Positions 25,048-37,454 of a stretch of 64,000 bases of DNA are shown one piece after another. The translations under genes were made by a program, and so were the position numbers. This stretch comes from Cenococcum geophilum. Taxonomy: Eukaryota. Under the pieces are notes generated by a model. It worked only from the letters and a program-made list of their open reading frames with translations. It was not told the DNA's origin and did no database searches. The number at the start of each line of letters is the position of its first letter. Position 1 is the first letter of the stretch. The DNA is taken from NCBI GenBank assembly GCA_050273025.1, contig CP158635.1, positions 24,366,001 to 24,430,000 of the forward strand, read 5' to 3'.

Positions 25048-26924
25048 ATGGCGGTTGGTAACATCTATCTCATCGCGGCCATCGCGATTATTGGTGGTGG
25101 TCTATTTGGTTTCGATATTTCGTCCATGTCTGCTATGTGAGTTCGCTAACGCAACCTCATTGCCAAGATATTTTACTAAATTCATCGAAGCATTTCTGGC
25201 AGCCCCTATCGTTGCTACTTTAATCAAGCTGGCCTGAATCCTAATGGATCATGTCCGGGTCCTAATTCTAGCGTTCAAGGCGGTATCACCGCGTCCATGG
25301 CTGGTGGTAGTTGGCTTGGCGCTCTCATCTCGGGTTTTGTCACCGACCTCCTGGGGCGAAAGAAAGCGATTATGATCGGCGCAATTATCTGGTGCATTGG
25401 ATGTATTATCGTCTCTGCGTCTCAGAATATTGCCATGCTCATTGTTGGTCGCATTATCAACGGTCTGTGCGTCGGAATCTGCTCAGCGCAAGTCCCCGTC
25501 TATATATCCGAATTGGCACCACCACGACTTCGAGGAAGGCTTGTAGGAGCTCAGCAATGGGCGATCACGTGGGGTATCATGATAATGTTCTATGCAAGAG
25601 CCCCGTTTCATTGAATTCTACAGTCTAGAAAACCTAGGAAGCCCATATGACACACCCCCTTTTCCTCCCCTTTCCACCCTTCCTCGCTCACTTCACACAC
25701 AACACCTGCAGGAACACAGTTCTAACAGCGTAACAGATATCCTATGGATGCTCTTTTATTAATGGAACTGCTGCTTTCCGTATTCCGTGGGCGCTCCAAG
25801 CTATTCCAGCAATTATCCTTTTTTTCGGCATGATGCCTCTTCCGGAGTCACCACGTTGGCTCGCCCGCAAAGACCGCTGGGAGGAGTGCAAGAACGTTCT
25901 TGTCCTTGTTCTTGGGAAGGGTGATCCTCACAACAAGCTTGTTGAGGACGAATTCGCTGAAATTCAGGCCTACTGCGAATTCGAGCGCCAGAACGCCGAT
26001 GTCACCTATCTAGAGCTGCTGAAGCCACACATGATTAACAGAACTCACATTGGCGTCTTCACCCAGATTTGGTCGCAATTGACAGGCATGAATGTTATGA
26101 TGTACTATATTACTTGTTCGTTCCCCACTCCATGATCATACTCCTCTTAATGGTACTAAAGATAGCCTCCAGACGTTTTCACGATGGCCGGACTGACAGG
26201 CAACAATCTACTCGTTTCTTCGTCCATCCAGTACGTTATCAATGTTTGCATGACCATCCCAGCACTTCTTTGGGTCGACCGTTGGGGACGCCGTCCAACC
26301 CTCCTTGTAGGCGCCGCCCTGATGATGACCTGGCTCTTCGCCAACGCCGGAATCCTCGCCACCTATGGTTCTCCTGCTCCAGAAGGGGGTGTGGGCGGCA
26401 TTCCGGAAGCATCTTGGCAAGTTAGTGGCCCGGCCTCTAAGGCTGTCATCGCATGTTCCTACCTCTTTGTTGCTTCCTTCGCTCCGACATGGGGCCCAGT
26501 ATCTTGGATCTATCCACCCGAGCTGTACCCGCTCCGTGTCCGTGGTAAGGCCGTCGCGCTTTCTACCTCTGCCAACTGGGCCATCAACTTTGCTCTGGGC
26601 TATTTCGTGCCTCCAGCCTTTGAAAACATTAAATGGAAGACCTATGTTCTATTCGGTGTCTTCTGCATCGCAATGTTCATCCACGTCTTCTTCATGTTCC
26701 CCGAAACTGCCGGCAAGCACCTCGAAGAGGTCGAGGATATGTTCACCGACCCCAGTGGGCCCAAGAACATCGGCAGATTAGCGTGGAAGACGCGCGTCGG
26801 CGAGCATTCTACGCGCAAGGACGAGCTGGTGGAGAAGATGCGGCGGGCGAGCCATGCTAAGGAGCGCCCGGAGCGCCCGGAGCGCCCAGAGCATATCGAT
26901 CAGGTGATGGGGAAGCGGGTATGA
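25048..26924 (+). CDS. MFS sugar porter, high-affinity glucose transporter HGT1-like
   Basis: MAVGNIY...GGGLFGFDISSMSA, D.LGRK, SELAP..RGR, PESPRWL, QLTGMNVMMYY, DRWGRR and PETAGK.LEE motifs; three introns (~25137-25190, 25594-25736, 26116-26172). Confidence 0.93.
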
Positions 26925-27113
26925 ATGTGTTTATACTCCTAATTTGATGTTGTAATGGCAGGATGGGCGTCAGCATCTAGCGGCTGTAAGTGGAAGCGAA
27001 AATAGGGGTTAGATGGGTGCGTTGGGATTGCTCATACCTATCTTCCCCTCTTTGACCTGTCGGGATGAATAAACGATTACTAAAATTGAAGTCATAAGTG
27101 CATATTTTTGTGA

Positions 27114-27938
27114 CGAACTCTAGTGCGGTCTGCAGTGTGCGCGCAATCTAATTTCGCTTTCTTGCACACTAGAGAATTTTAAGTTTAACTCTTACAATTA
27201 AGCTTAAAAATTAGAGACTTTACCTTTCTTGTAAATGCACACACCTTGCTTGCAAGTGCACACCCCCTTTTGTAAGTGCACAGTGTCTACGCTGGATGGT
27301 GCACACTTGACTAGTTTCTAGCGAAATTGGATGTCGCGAACACTGGGGGAAACCTGTGCAGGATGCGCGATTCAGGATGGCGGCTTTGCTAACCGAGTGT
27401 GATTCACGACTTACCCTTAAAGTGACCCCACATAGTAATTGTAGCGAAGCCGTATGCTTGGCTACAAGAACATTACTTCTGGCGGCCTTCCTCCGCAGTG
27501 TCGTGATCTTTGTCAAATATCGTGAGGCTTTCACCCGTACGATATTGCCAAATTTCGTCAACCTCTCTGCAGCGACAGCGTTGTATTCGCGTTTTGGCGG
27601 GCATAATGGAGGCATAGTTAAGGGGGAGAAAAGGAAGCGTCGTCTTCAATTTGATTCTCCTGGCGATTCTCCAAGGCAACCAAAAAGGTCCTTGCGTGCA
27701 GCCACAGCCGTTCCGAATCTGCAACTCGCTACGAGCTCCGGCTTCTTTCTCCAATTTCGCTAACAATTAGTCAAAGCGTAGACTCTGTGCACTTATAAAA
27801 AAGGCTGTGCACTCGCAAAAAAGGTAAAGTCTCTAATTTTTAAGCTTAATTGTAAAAGTTAAACCTGAAATTCTCTAGTGTGCAAGAAAGCGAAATTGGG
27901 TGTTGCGCGCGCACACTGGGGGGAGATGCCGGAGCTCG
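27114..27938. mobile_element. Long-TIR non-autonomous element related to the 16420 MITE
   Basis: ~95-bp inverted arms (CAGTGTGCGCGC...AGAGACTTTACCTT at 27133; reverse complement ending 27918); outer termini degenerate. Confidence 0.82.
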
Positions 27939-28007
27939 TACAAGCTGTATGCGTCCGGGACATCCCTAGGCACTATTATCGGTGTGCTTTGCCGTCAATC
28001 TGCAGTA

Positions 28008-28386
28008 ACGTAGGTCGCCGGGTTATGACGGTCCACCTAGTTATGACGGAATCTAACCGCATTTAGTTATGACGGAACACCAAAATACTGCCGAATGCCG
28101 ATTTGCAGGCAAATCGCTAGTGGAAACCATCGCAAAGCATTATTTTATTATTAAACCCGAATGAAGCCTTAAATATATATAGGAGAGAGTCTATATCGAC
28201 TTTTTACGGTGTATTAGGCATCTGATTGCTTAGATAACCGCGAGTTGGCGGATTGAAGTCCTCATCTGAGGCTGAAGGCGATATTTTCCGGCAGAATACC
28301 GAAATAGGAAACCGCTTTTCCTAATTAGACAGGCGGTCAGATTTCCGTCATAACTAGGTGGACCGTCATAACCCGGTGACCTACGT
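28008..28386. mobile_element. Fot1/pogo-type MITE
   Basis: TIR ACGTAGGTC.CCGGGTTATGACGGTCCACCTAGTTATGACGGAA; TA TSD; an orphan related end lies at 9749. Confidence 0.92.
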
Positions 28387-28630
28387 TACACCTTTCTTGC
28401 TGATAGACCGAAGGGGATTTTGGCAGGAAACCTGTTCCTAAGGCTAATTTGAAGCCTTGAATATAGCAATACAGCTACAAATTATCAGGATACTCCAAAG
28501 TCGTATCCCTTCGACCGCTGGGTTGGGTCCAACGTTATCGATAAGGGATCTAGCCAATCATATGTACTTCTGTGTAGCTGCCATCACGGTATAGCTGTCC
28601 GTGCGGCCTTGGCGTTGGATTATCTCAGTA

Positions 28631-28967
28631 CAGGCAAAACTCCTTAATACGATACCGGGTATATAACGATACATTTGGTATTACGATCTACACGCCCTGA
28701 TCATGCCTTTTTTGGTGTAACTAGCGATAATCTGACTTTTGGCGATATCGTTAAGCTCCACCACCAATATCGGTATAACTAGTTGTATGGGAAGGGGGTA
28801 TATCTGGCCTATAAGGAGGGAAATCTATACCCTTTAGGCTTTAAGATCCACTTTTGTTAAAGTTTTACTGCTTATTTACCCTACACGTGACTCTTGATAT
28901 AACAATACCATTGGTATTACGATACATTTGGCGCCAAAACCTATATCGTACTAAGGAGTTTTGCCTG
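28631..28967. mobile_element. Innermost MITE (C), a deletion derivative of the 9791 pogo family
   Basis: TIR CAGGCAAAACTCCTTA.TACGATA; TA TSD; first ~150 bp resemble 9791-9940. Confidence 0.9.
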
Positions 28968-29359
28968 TAAGCGACTCAGACGGCAAGGGCAAACTGAAGG
29001 CGCACTCACTAATACTAAAGTATTACTAGTCTCCGCCTAAATAAACGCCACCTTCTTTTAACCAATCAGCTATCTACCGACCTTAAGTTTGCCCTGCCGT
29101 CTGAGGGCCTTTGGTGCGGAACTCTATGGTGCTCAACTTTAATTTTCGCAATTTTGTATGAGAGACACTTCCTCCTATATATTTGACTCCCCAATAATAC
29201 CTTTTTAACCTAATAAGCTGATAAGTTAAGTTAGACCAGTCTCCTCCACAATTGATTACTTTTTTACGATAGGAATACCATTTTCTCACGAGTTACGCGC
29301 TTCTAGTATTTGGGTAGACACCGACGCGTCCCCAGCACTAATATACTAGGAAGTCTTAT

Positions 29360-29832
29360 AATCGTCTCTACGAACGTCTCTACGAAAGTCTCTACGAACG
29401 TCTCTACAAACGGCGCTACAATCGCCCATACAATCGTCCGTACGAACGTCTCCACCATCGTCTCTACAAACGTCTGCACGAACATCTGCACGAACGTCTG
29501 CACAAACGCCTGTACAAAGCTCTATACAAAGCTCTGCGCGACGCTCTGCACAAAGCTCTACTTTAAGGCTCTACACAAGGCTCTGCTCGAAGCTCTATTG
29601 AAGCTCTGCTTAAAGCTTTATCGAAGCTCTGCTTGAAGCTCTATCAAAGCTCTGCTCAAAGCTCTGCTCAAAGCTCTGCTCAAAGCTCTGCTCGAAGCTC
29701 TGCTCGAAGCTCTGCTCGAAGCTCTGCTCGAAGCTCTACTCAAAGCTCTATCAAAGCTCTGCTTGAAGCTCTGCTTAAAGCTCTATCAAAGCTCTGCTCG
29801 GAGCTCTGCTCGAAGCTCTATCGAAGCTCTAT
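29360..29832. repeat. 12-bp tandem array (CGTCTCTACGAA grading into AAGCTCTGCTCG)
   Basis: Clear 12-bp periodicity over ~470 bp. Confidence 0.92.
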
Positions 29833-31219
29833 GGAATCCGTCTGGTGCTTAACATTCTAGGGTTTGGGACCATCTAACGTGGCTCCGGAGCTGTGGGGTA
29901 GTTAGGGTTGGTATACGTTTTATTTAGGCAGTGTATAACTGGGTGTTGGGGGAGGGGAGGGGGGGGGAGGGGGGGGGGGGGCATTAAGAGAGGATTTGCG
30001 CCGTAGTTGGACCACAAAGATGCGTTAAAAAATTTCGACCTGTAATTTTAGAACTTTATATTAGCTAAAATACATAAATAAGTACATAGATAAATAAAGC
30101 GACCCTTAAAATATAATCGATTACCTTTTATAGTGGTTAACTAGTTAACTGGTGGAGATATATTACTCTTTAGTAGCATCGCGTTCCCGTTGATAGTCGA
30201 CCATCATACATTTTCGCACCAAAGGCCCTCAGACGGCAAACGAGACAGTAAGCCTAAATACAGGGGTTATATAACACTAGCAGGGGTTTTATAAAGCTAG
30301 TAGGGGTTGTATACAAGCTATACTAGTTAAGTACTAGCGAGATTTACTGTCTCGTTTGCCGTCTGAGTCGCTTACTGAGATAAGCGTTGGACGCCAACGG
30401 TCGAAGGGATAATGTCATGTTTGTAACCACTGTTTCTCCTCCAGCGCCTCACTGCGCCAACTCATCTCAGTGTTAGTTGCGTTGCCCGTAACCTTAGGTA
30501 GCCACGATTTATGCTGACTTCCATCCCAGGAGGGCCTCGAACGCATGTGTGGTGCTCTGAGAGTGGTACTGCAGACCTCCTTTTATCAGATGTCGCTTGT
30601 TTTGTTACCCTAGTTCACAAGGCTTGAGTGGCTTGTCCAACGAGAGCTGTCAGAATCCTTCCCCACAACATAAGCGACTGAAAGTTTAGCAACTGAAAGT
30701 TTCTCGACTGCCGAACTCCAACTTCATCGTCTCTACTTCTCGTGTTGCTGGGCTCCTTAGACTCTTTATCCTCCAGCTGCGTTTTGATTCAAAACGAAAG
30801 CTAGAAGAATGATCGCTTTTAGCGTTCTGCTTCGGCTGTGCCTGCAGACGTTTCCTAAAGCTTTGTGCCGGTTGTGTCACAAGCTTCCTTACGCCACTAT
30901 TGATGGCTCCCTTTCGCGAGCAGTCTAGTGGCTAGCCACATCCTCTTACACGAGCAACGGCTGATTATTTTAAGTTATTTTATAGGCGTTACTCAACGTC
31001 GGCCCCTCAGAGACATGGGGTTCGGAAATTGGACGGTTTGTTGCCTGGGTCCTAGTATGTAGGTAGGCCCTCTATAAGGTCAAGGTGAACTCGTCGATCT
31101 CGGATTCTTTTCGACATACACTCCCTGCACTGTGCTTCTGCTGTGGTATTCCTAGTCACTCATTGTTTCTTTTTTGTCACTCTTTACGTGTTGCCTATAG
31201 TACATCGGTCTTTTCCAAT

Positions 31220-32422
31220 ATGCGCAGCATAATCTCTCTTTTGGCCCTCACGGCTCTCGCTCATGCTGCTCCGCGACCTCAGCAAATTGAGTACGAAATT
31301 ATTGGGTCTTCACCCCTACCAAAACGCGACGGATGTACACCTCAGCCAACTACGCCAAATACCTATAATGTTGATCTCTCATCCGCCAATGCCTTCAGAA
31401 ATGATGGCAGCATTTGCAATGTTTCTATGGCCGCACAGACTCCCTCGGGTTATCTTCAGACCTTCATGGAGTTATACGCGGCGACGAGCACATATGCGTA
31501 CATGGGATACATGAGTGTAGACACCTACTCCCCATCGCAATGTTCAGCCCAATGCGACTCTATTAATGGCTGTACCTCGTTCAACATATGTGCGTATATT
31601 CACCTTACCTAGTGCCTTTCTTTTCCTAATTTAGCTAACTTGCTTCCTCTAGTCTTCGAACGTGACCCAACCCTTGACCCCTCCACTGGCTGTACCAACC
31701 CGAATGCAACTGCAAACATAAAATGCTCTTTCTGGGGCATTCCCATCGATGCCACCTCAGCTACAAACAAAGGCCAGTTCCGCTCAAGCTTCGAAGTTGC
31801 CATCGCTGGCTCCAACGGTTATGTGAAACTTGCCCCGCGCACAGCACCAAACTATGTCGGACCCTCTTATCTCGCCAACGCTGCCATCAACGCACCGCTC
31901 GATTGCAACAACCAAAACTCATTCCTTGGCAGCCGCACTTTCAACACGGGTGCCTTCGACGCACGCCTGTGTTCCGCGGCATGCGACGATACCACAGCCT
32001 ATAACGCCCGACACCCACCGGCTTATGGAGCCCCGTTGAAGTGCGTCTTCTTTAATACCTATATGCTGTTCAAGAACGGTGTGCCATACCAGCAGCAGTG
32101 TGCTATGTATACACAGGCGCGGAATAACACATATGCAACCAACACGGGATACACGAGCGGAAGCGATGTGTATACGATCAGGTACAGCTCCACGTACTAT
32201 AACCCATCGTACCCTTGCCATCCAATCTGTGCGGTTGCAAGTCCTTCCTTAAGTTCAGCCACAGCTGCGGTTGCTACCTCAACTGTCTCGAGCACGCTGT
32301 CAACGAGCACAGTCACGCCATCGACCACAGTCATGCCATCGACCACAGTCGCGCCATACAGCACAGTAGCGTCATCATCGACCACAGTCGCTCAAAGCTC
32401 AGCTACTCCTTTTGCTCCCTGA
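31220..32422 (+). CDS. Secreted Cys-rich protein with two PAN/Apple-like modules and a Ser/Thr-rich tail
   Basis: Signal peptide MRSIISLLALTALAHA; C...C....GC.SFNI.FERDP and CSAAC...C.FFNTY patterns; intron ~31590-31652. Confidence 0.85.
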
Positions 32423-33087
32423 TCTTGGCAAGGCGGTGAACTGAGTTGAATGCATGGGGGATTGTCATGCGCATATCCTAACTAGGCGAGATTTCTGCGA
32501 TGCGCATCATTCTCAGACACCTGTATATATTCTCTATAAGCTAGGATACTCTGCGCACAAGTAATGGATGCTCATGTGCCCATATAGTCTTCCTATATAC
32601 TTGCATAAATTCTAATTGATCTAAATGAATTTAGTCACATCTTTCATCGCTTGTTGGCGTGCGAAACCGTCAATACGCATGACCTCTAAACTTTTCAAGC
32701 GCTGGTGAACTTGCAAGGCGGCCGTTTCATTTCTGCTAATCCGCAAGTCAAAGAATGTCTGTCGCAGAAAAACCAAACAGATCATAACACTTTCTGTTCC
32801 TCGCAGGGTAGCAGTTTCCAAGATACATTGAATGGCTGGAATATTCTAAGTATACAACGTGTCGCAAGCAAAAGCTTGTTTTTCTGCTTCATTTTCTGCG
32901 CAAATTCATACTCAAACGCCGTTTCTCAAAGAGCGACGGCAGCAAGCAGCGTATAATCCCGCCAGATGTTCCAAACGCAAAAACGCCTGCGCTCATGCTT
33001 GCAGATCCTGCCCCTTTTCCATGCCACAACGAGACAGCCCACGCGTGGTATCATGAAAAGCACTTTCGCCAGCAAACAACGCACTAC

Positions 33088-35722
33088 TCAAGTCCTCACC
33101 CCCAATCCCTCGACTTCTGCTTCGCCTTCCACAAACCTGACCTGCACGACCCAGTTCTCGCCAAACCTGACCCCTTTACCACCCGAAATCCCCGCGTTGC
33201 GCCATGGGCGATTGACACCGATATCCACGACCCAGATCAGCCACTCGGGATCTCTCCCGGTGCCATTCTGCATCGTCTTCAGCAACCCGCTCCGCGGCGC
33301 GCCAAGACACACGATGTACTTCGCGCGGACCTCGAGCGGCTCGCCCTCGAGGATCGCCACCTCGCCCGTGCTGCCGCCCACCCCGCTCGGCGTCTCGACC
33401 GCCAGCACGCCGGCGCGCGACTTGTTCGCCCAGCCGACGATCCCGAGCACCGTCTGGCGGTCGGCGTCGCCGAGCGCGTCGAACTCCTTGTGCCGGCCGA
33501 GCAGCGCGTCGACGATGAGCTCGGGCGGTGCTTCGAGCCGCTTCAGCGCGCCCTCGACATCCGCCCACGCCCGCACCCATCCGCCGAACTTGCGGAACAG
33601 CTCCACCTGCCGCCGCACGTCGCGGTCCCAGTCGGCCGCGCGTTCGAAGCCCAGCAGCGCGACCATGACGCGGGGCCCGCGGGCGTGCAGGTGTCGCGCG
33701 GCGGCGATGGCGCGCGCACCACCGCGGTGGTTGCCGGCTAGCACGACGATGACGGGGCGTGTGTTTGAGTTGTCGCGGGCGAGACGACGCCCGCCGGGGT
33801 TGATCGCGGAGAGGGCAACTTCCGCGATGCCGCGGCCCGCGTTCTCGGCCATGATGTCTTCAGTGAGCCCAAATTCGACTTCGGCGCTCTCTTCCACGGC
33901 GAGCATGCCGCCGGGGGTGATGGTGTGACACTTGCGGTTGTTGGAGACGATTCTTAGACATGAACGACTTGCGTCGGGGACGGGTGAGCCTGGAGGACTG
34001 GCCGTGCGGCCGGGTTTGGGGCTGCCGGTCGCATGAGAGGAAGAGGCATAAGGGCGATTGATGAAAGAGCGATTGCGTGAGATTAAGCTTGGTAACCCTC
34101 CAGCGTGACCATCAGCCTCTTGCTGAACACCACTCCCTTGGCGAGTTGGTAGGCGTTTATTAGAGGCTCTAGACATGGCTCGACGAGAATTACGGCCGCT
34201 GTCGAAGTCCGATAGTGAGTCGCAATCCGACTCTGACGCACTTCTGACACGCCGAGTCGGGCCATCAAGCACGTTCTCTGTAGGGTGTAGATTCTTGCCG
34301 CCATATGTTCCGGGCCTGGCTGGTATGCGGTTGTAGCTGACCAGGCGGGCATCATCGGCTGTTGTGTCTTCGTTTCGAATCTGGTCGAACACGGAGCGTT
34401 TATCGAACTTCGACAGGTTTTCAGCGAAGTCGAAATCGGGTAGTTCTTGGATATCAGTGGCGTCTTCGGTTGCCCATCCATTTTCAGCTTCGAGGGCTTT
34501 TTGTCGTCTGGTTTTGCGGTTTGAGGAGGTTATTGCCTCAAGACCAACTTTGCCGCTGATTACACCGGGCGTTCGCTCGGGAGGAGCATCTGTGCCGCGA
34601 TCGGGATCCTGCAGTAACGGTGTCTGTCGCCACCCGTTGCCTTTCCTAACGCCGGTTTAGTATTAATTCATGTTTAGCATGACGGTGATGGTGGGATTGG
34701 TGAGGGATTTAAGGTCATTCGGGATTTTTTAGATGATTTGGCACGAAAGCTGAAGAGTAGAATAATGTGAACGTACCCTTTTCGCACAGCTTCAGGAGAG
34801 GACGTGAGGTCTGTTCCATTATTATGCCTTTGCTGCGCCGCGAGCTCCTTTCTGCGCGCCTTGCCACCACGTCTAGTGCGCTTCCATGTATCTTCAGGCT
34901 TCGTAGGCGAATCCATTGGCTTGCCCGTCCGGGTTTTCGTGATACTGGCCCTCCTGACTGAACCATCCTTGATCGTTGGATCATCTGTGTCCTCATCTGG
35001 ATGAGCTGCCGCATCCGCAATATCGATCGCTGAGAACGGCGCTGTCAGAGTGGCCGCACTCGGCTTCCTCGTATTAGCCCCCTTCGCAACACCAACAAAG
35101 GGTGATGTATTGATAGGCAACGGGGCCGCAGTAGCAGAGGCTATGGGTTTGATAGGCGTGGCCGGTGCCTCTTGAGGTGTTGCCTGCGGAGGCGGCGCGA
35201 CATGCACACCTCCACGAGCTTGCATAGGAGGAATGTTTGCCTGGATGCTCGGAGGCAGTGCCATCGCATGGTTACCAGGAGCCTCTGACCGACTGACCGA
35301 CGGTCTCTTGCCCACACTCAGAATCGCTGGATCAGCGAGCGCTTGTTTCAGCCGAATAGGGGACAAAGGGGTGGGCTGCGGTTGGATATGCTGGTATTGA
35401 GGGAAGCTTGTAGGATTGAATGGTTGTAGAGGGACTTGAGGCTGGGTTGGTTGCGGAAGAGAGAGTCTAGGTAAGACGGTTATGTCGGCGATGGACGTCC
35501 CTTCAACTTTATATTCATCGTAAACGTGGTTGGAACTCTTAAAAAAAGCTACATAGTATATCAGTGAGTGGTCAACATAAAGACATGGCAATATAATGTA
35601 CCGTTATTCAGCACCAAGGTTGCAGTCTCCTCAATCACTTCCTTCACAAGTCCGTGGAGGGGATTTTCTGGAGAATTCTTCAGCGAAACGGAGACGGGGA
35701 GATTGGTAAATGTCGCAGCCAT
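33088..35722 (-). CDS. EDC3: Enhancer of mRNA decapping 3 (LSm-like, FDF and YjeF_N domains)
   Basis: WATEDATDIQELPDFDFAENLSKFDKRSVF, MAENAGRGIA and LAGNH..GARAIAAARHL motifs; multi-exon. Confidence 0.93.
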
Positions 35723-36019
35723 GATTGGAAGATTGTTTATGTTAGGACGTGGAGAGCATTTTGATATGCCAGTGAAGGAGGATGGTAAGTGGAGTTGTTA
35801 GTTGTGGAGGTTGTCTTCGAGGACACGAGTCTTGGCGTCGAGGTTCACGAAAGCTGACAAGGCTTATCGATAAAGCCCTTCCACAAGCGATAATGCAATG
35901 GCTTCGATGGCTTCACTGGTTTCAACTTCATGCAACCATCACTGGTCCATTAAAGCTATCAAAATTCGAGGCGTAAATGTTCCGGAGTATCTTTCTTCAG
36001 CTACGGCATCCATAACATA

Positions 36020-37110
36020 GCCAAAGCTCTCCCACCTACTCTACTTGTCTATAATATAGATATATAAGCGCAATAGCCTTATCTATTTTACTTAGCTACT
36101 AGGCTTTGTTCGTACCGTGGAGGGCTTTAATCTTATCTTATAGGTCCTATATCCGTCGCTTTCCTATTATTTTAAGATACTTCTAGTACTAATTATCTAC
36201 TACCTAGCTTTCTAAACGCCTCTTCTTAGTTTTATATAACTTCCGGCCTCTTCGTTAGATAACTCCCCAGGGCGGCATAGTATAGAGTAGCCATAGTAGC
36301 CTCTACTAGAGAGCGGACGCGGTATAATACTTAGGCGGATATTTATAAAGTAATATATCTTTGGGGCTGGTAGCGTCCTACAATAATTGGACCGTGCGCA
36401 GAACACCAAAACACTAAAATCAAAAGCACGCGTATTACCTACATAGATTCAGATATTATACATGCCTTCCAATCGTACTTCTAATGATATAGACTTTGTT
36501 CCACCAATTCAATATTCAATTTCACCGACTCGAAAGGCCAAAGAACCCCCCGCAGCCATGGCCGTTGCCTTCCTTCGAGCCTTTATATATCGCGAATTCC
36601 AACAACCATGGCACCCTAAATCTTCCTCTAAACCTCGCTGTTTGCAAAATTCCGCTCTATGGAAACGATAAATATTAGTTACCTTATCTTAAGCGACTTA
36701 ACTCCAAAAATTGGATGTATATAGCAATTGTATACGGAAATCAGCAGATTCTACGACCTCATGTTTTTTATCACGGAGCCTTGATCCTATTTGTCCTATT
36801 GGCTAGTTCTTATCGATATCAGTAGGACGAATTATACCAGTCCAAGGGATAAAGGCTATATATTTACTAAGTAGTAATAGGTTCTTCTAGCTAATAGCTA
36901 TAGATCTACGCGGTTTTTATATATATTAGCTAGCGTCTTATTATACTATTAAAATTCCACCCCCGCCTAATAACTCGTTTTTAAAATTTAAGGAAATTAA
37001 TTACTTACCTTACTAAAAATTAGGTTTTTAGAAAGCCTATATACCTACCACTCTATAATCAATAGATCTTTATAAAAGATATTGCGTTTTATAATTAAGT
37101 AATTCGAATA
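36020..37110. mobile_element. RIP-degenerated repeat remnant(s), family unresolved
   Basis: Abrupt TpA-rich, stop-rich composition; no termini identified. Confidence 0.55.
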
Positions 37111-37454
37111 TCTATACCATCCGCTGAGCGGATTTTAGTCTCACGCTTAATAATCTTGCAAGAGTTCCGGTGGTGCATCCAAAAAACGTTAGTCCGCTTG
37201 CGGACCGATAGGAAATCCGCACCACCCGAATCAGGTAAACCTCCTGCCATGCAAAGTTAACTAAACTAGAATATAATATGATTCCTAGCACCTCCGCTCA
37301 AGATACTTTGCCGCAGCTTGACATCTCAACACCACTAATGTGAGAAATCCTTCCTGACATCCCTAAATACCTTACTGCCTAATCACCTACCCTCGGTCAC
37401 TTCTGTAACGGAACAACTGAAAACATTTGCCTTTTTTAGGTCCACATCAGCGTT

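Larger units (their letters stand above)
28623..30380. mobile_element. Middle TIR element (B) with internal 12-bp minisatellite
   Basis: TIR TCTCAGTA|AGCGACTCAGACGGCAA (split by element C) matches TTGCCGTCTGAGTCGCTTACTGAGA; TA flanks. Confidence 0.88.
28506..30409. mobile_element. Outermost MITE (A) of a triple-nested stack
   Basis: TIR TCCCTTCGACCG...GTCCAACG / CGTTGGAC...CGGTCGAAGGGA; TA flanks. Confidence 0.75.

Noticed and set aside
29303..29860. ORFs with VETF, STNV and SSAR repeats
   Set aside because: Translation artefacts of the 12-bp minisatellite
32966..33928. 320-aa and 248-aa plus-strand ORFs
   Set aside because: Antisense shadows of the GC3-rich EDC3 3' region
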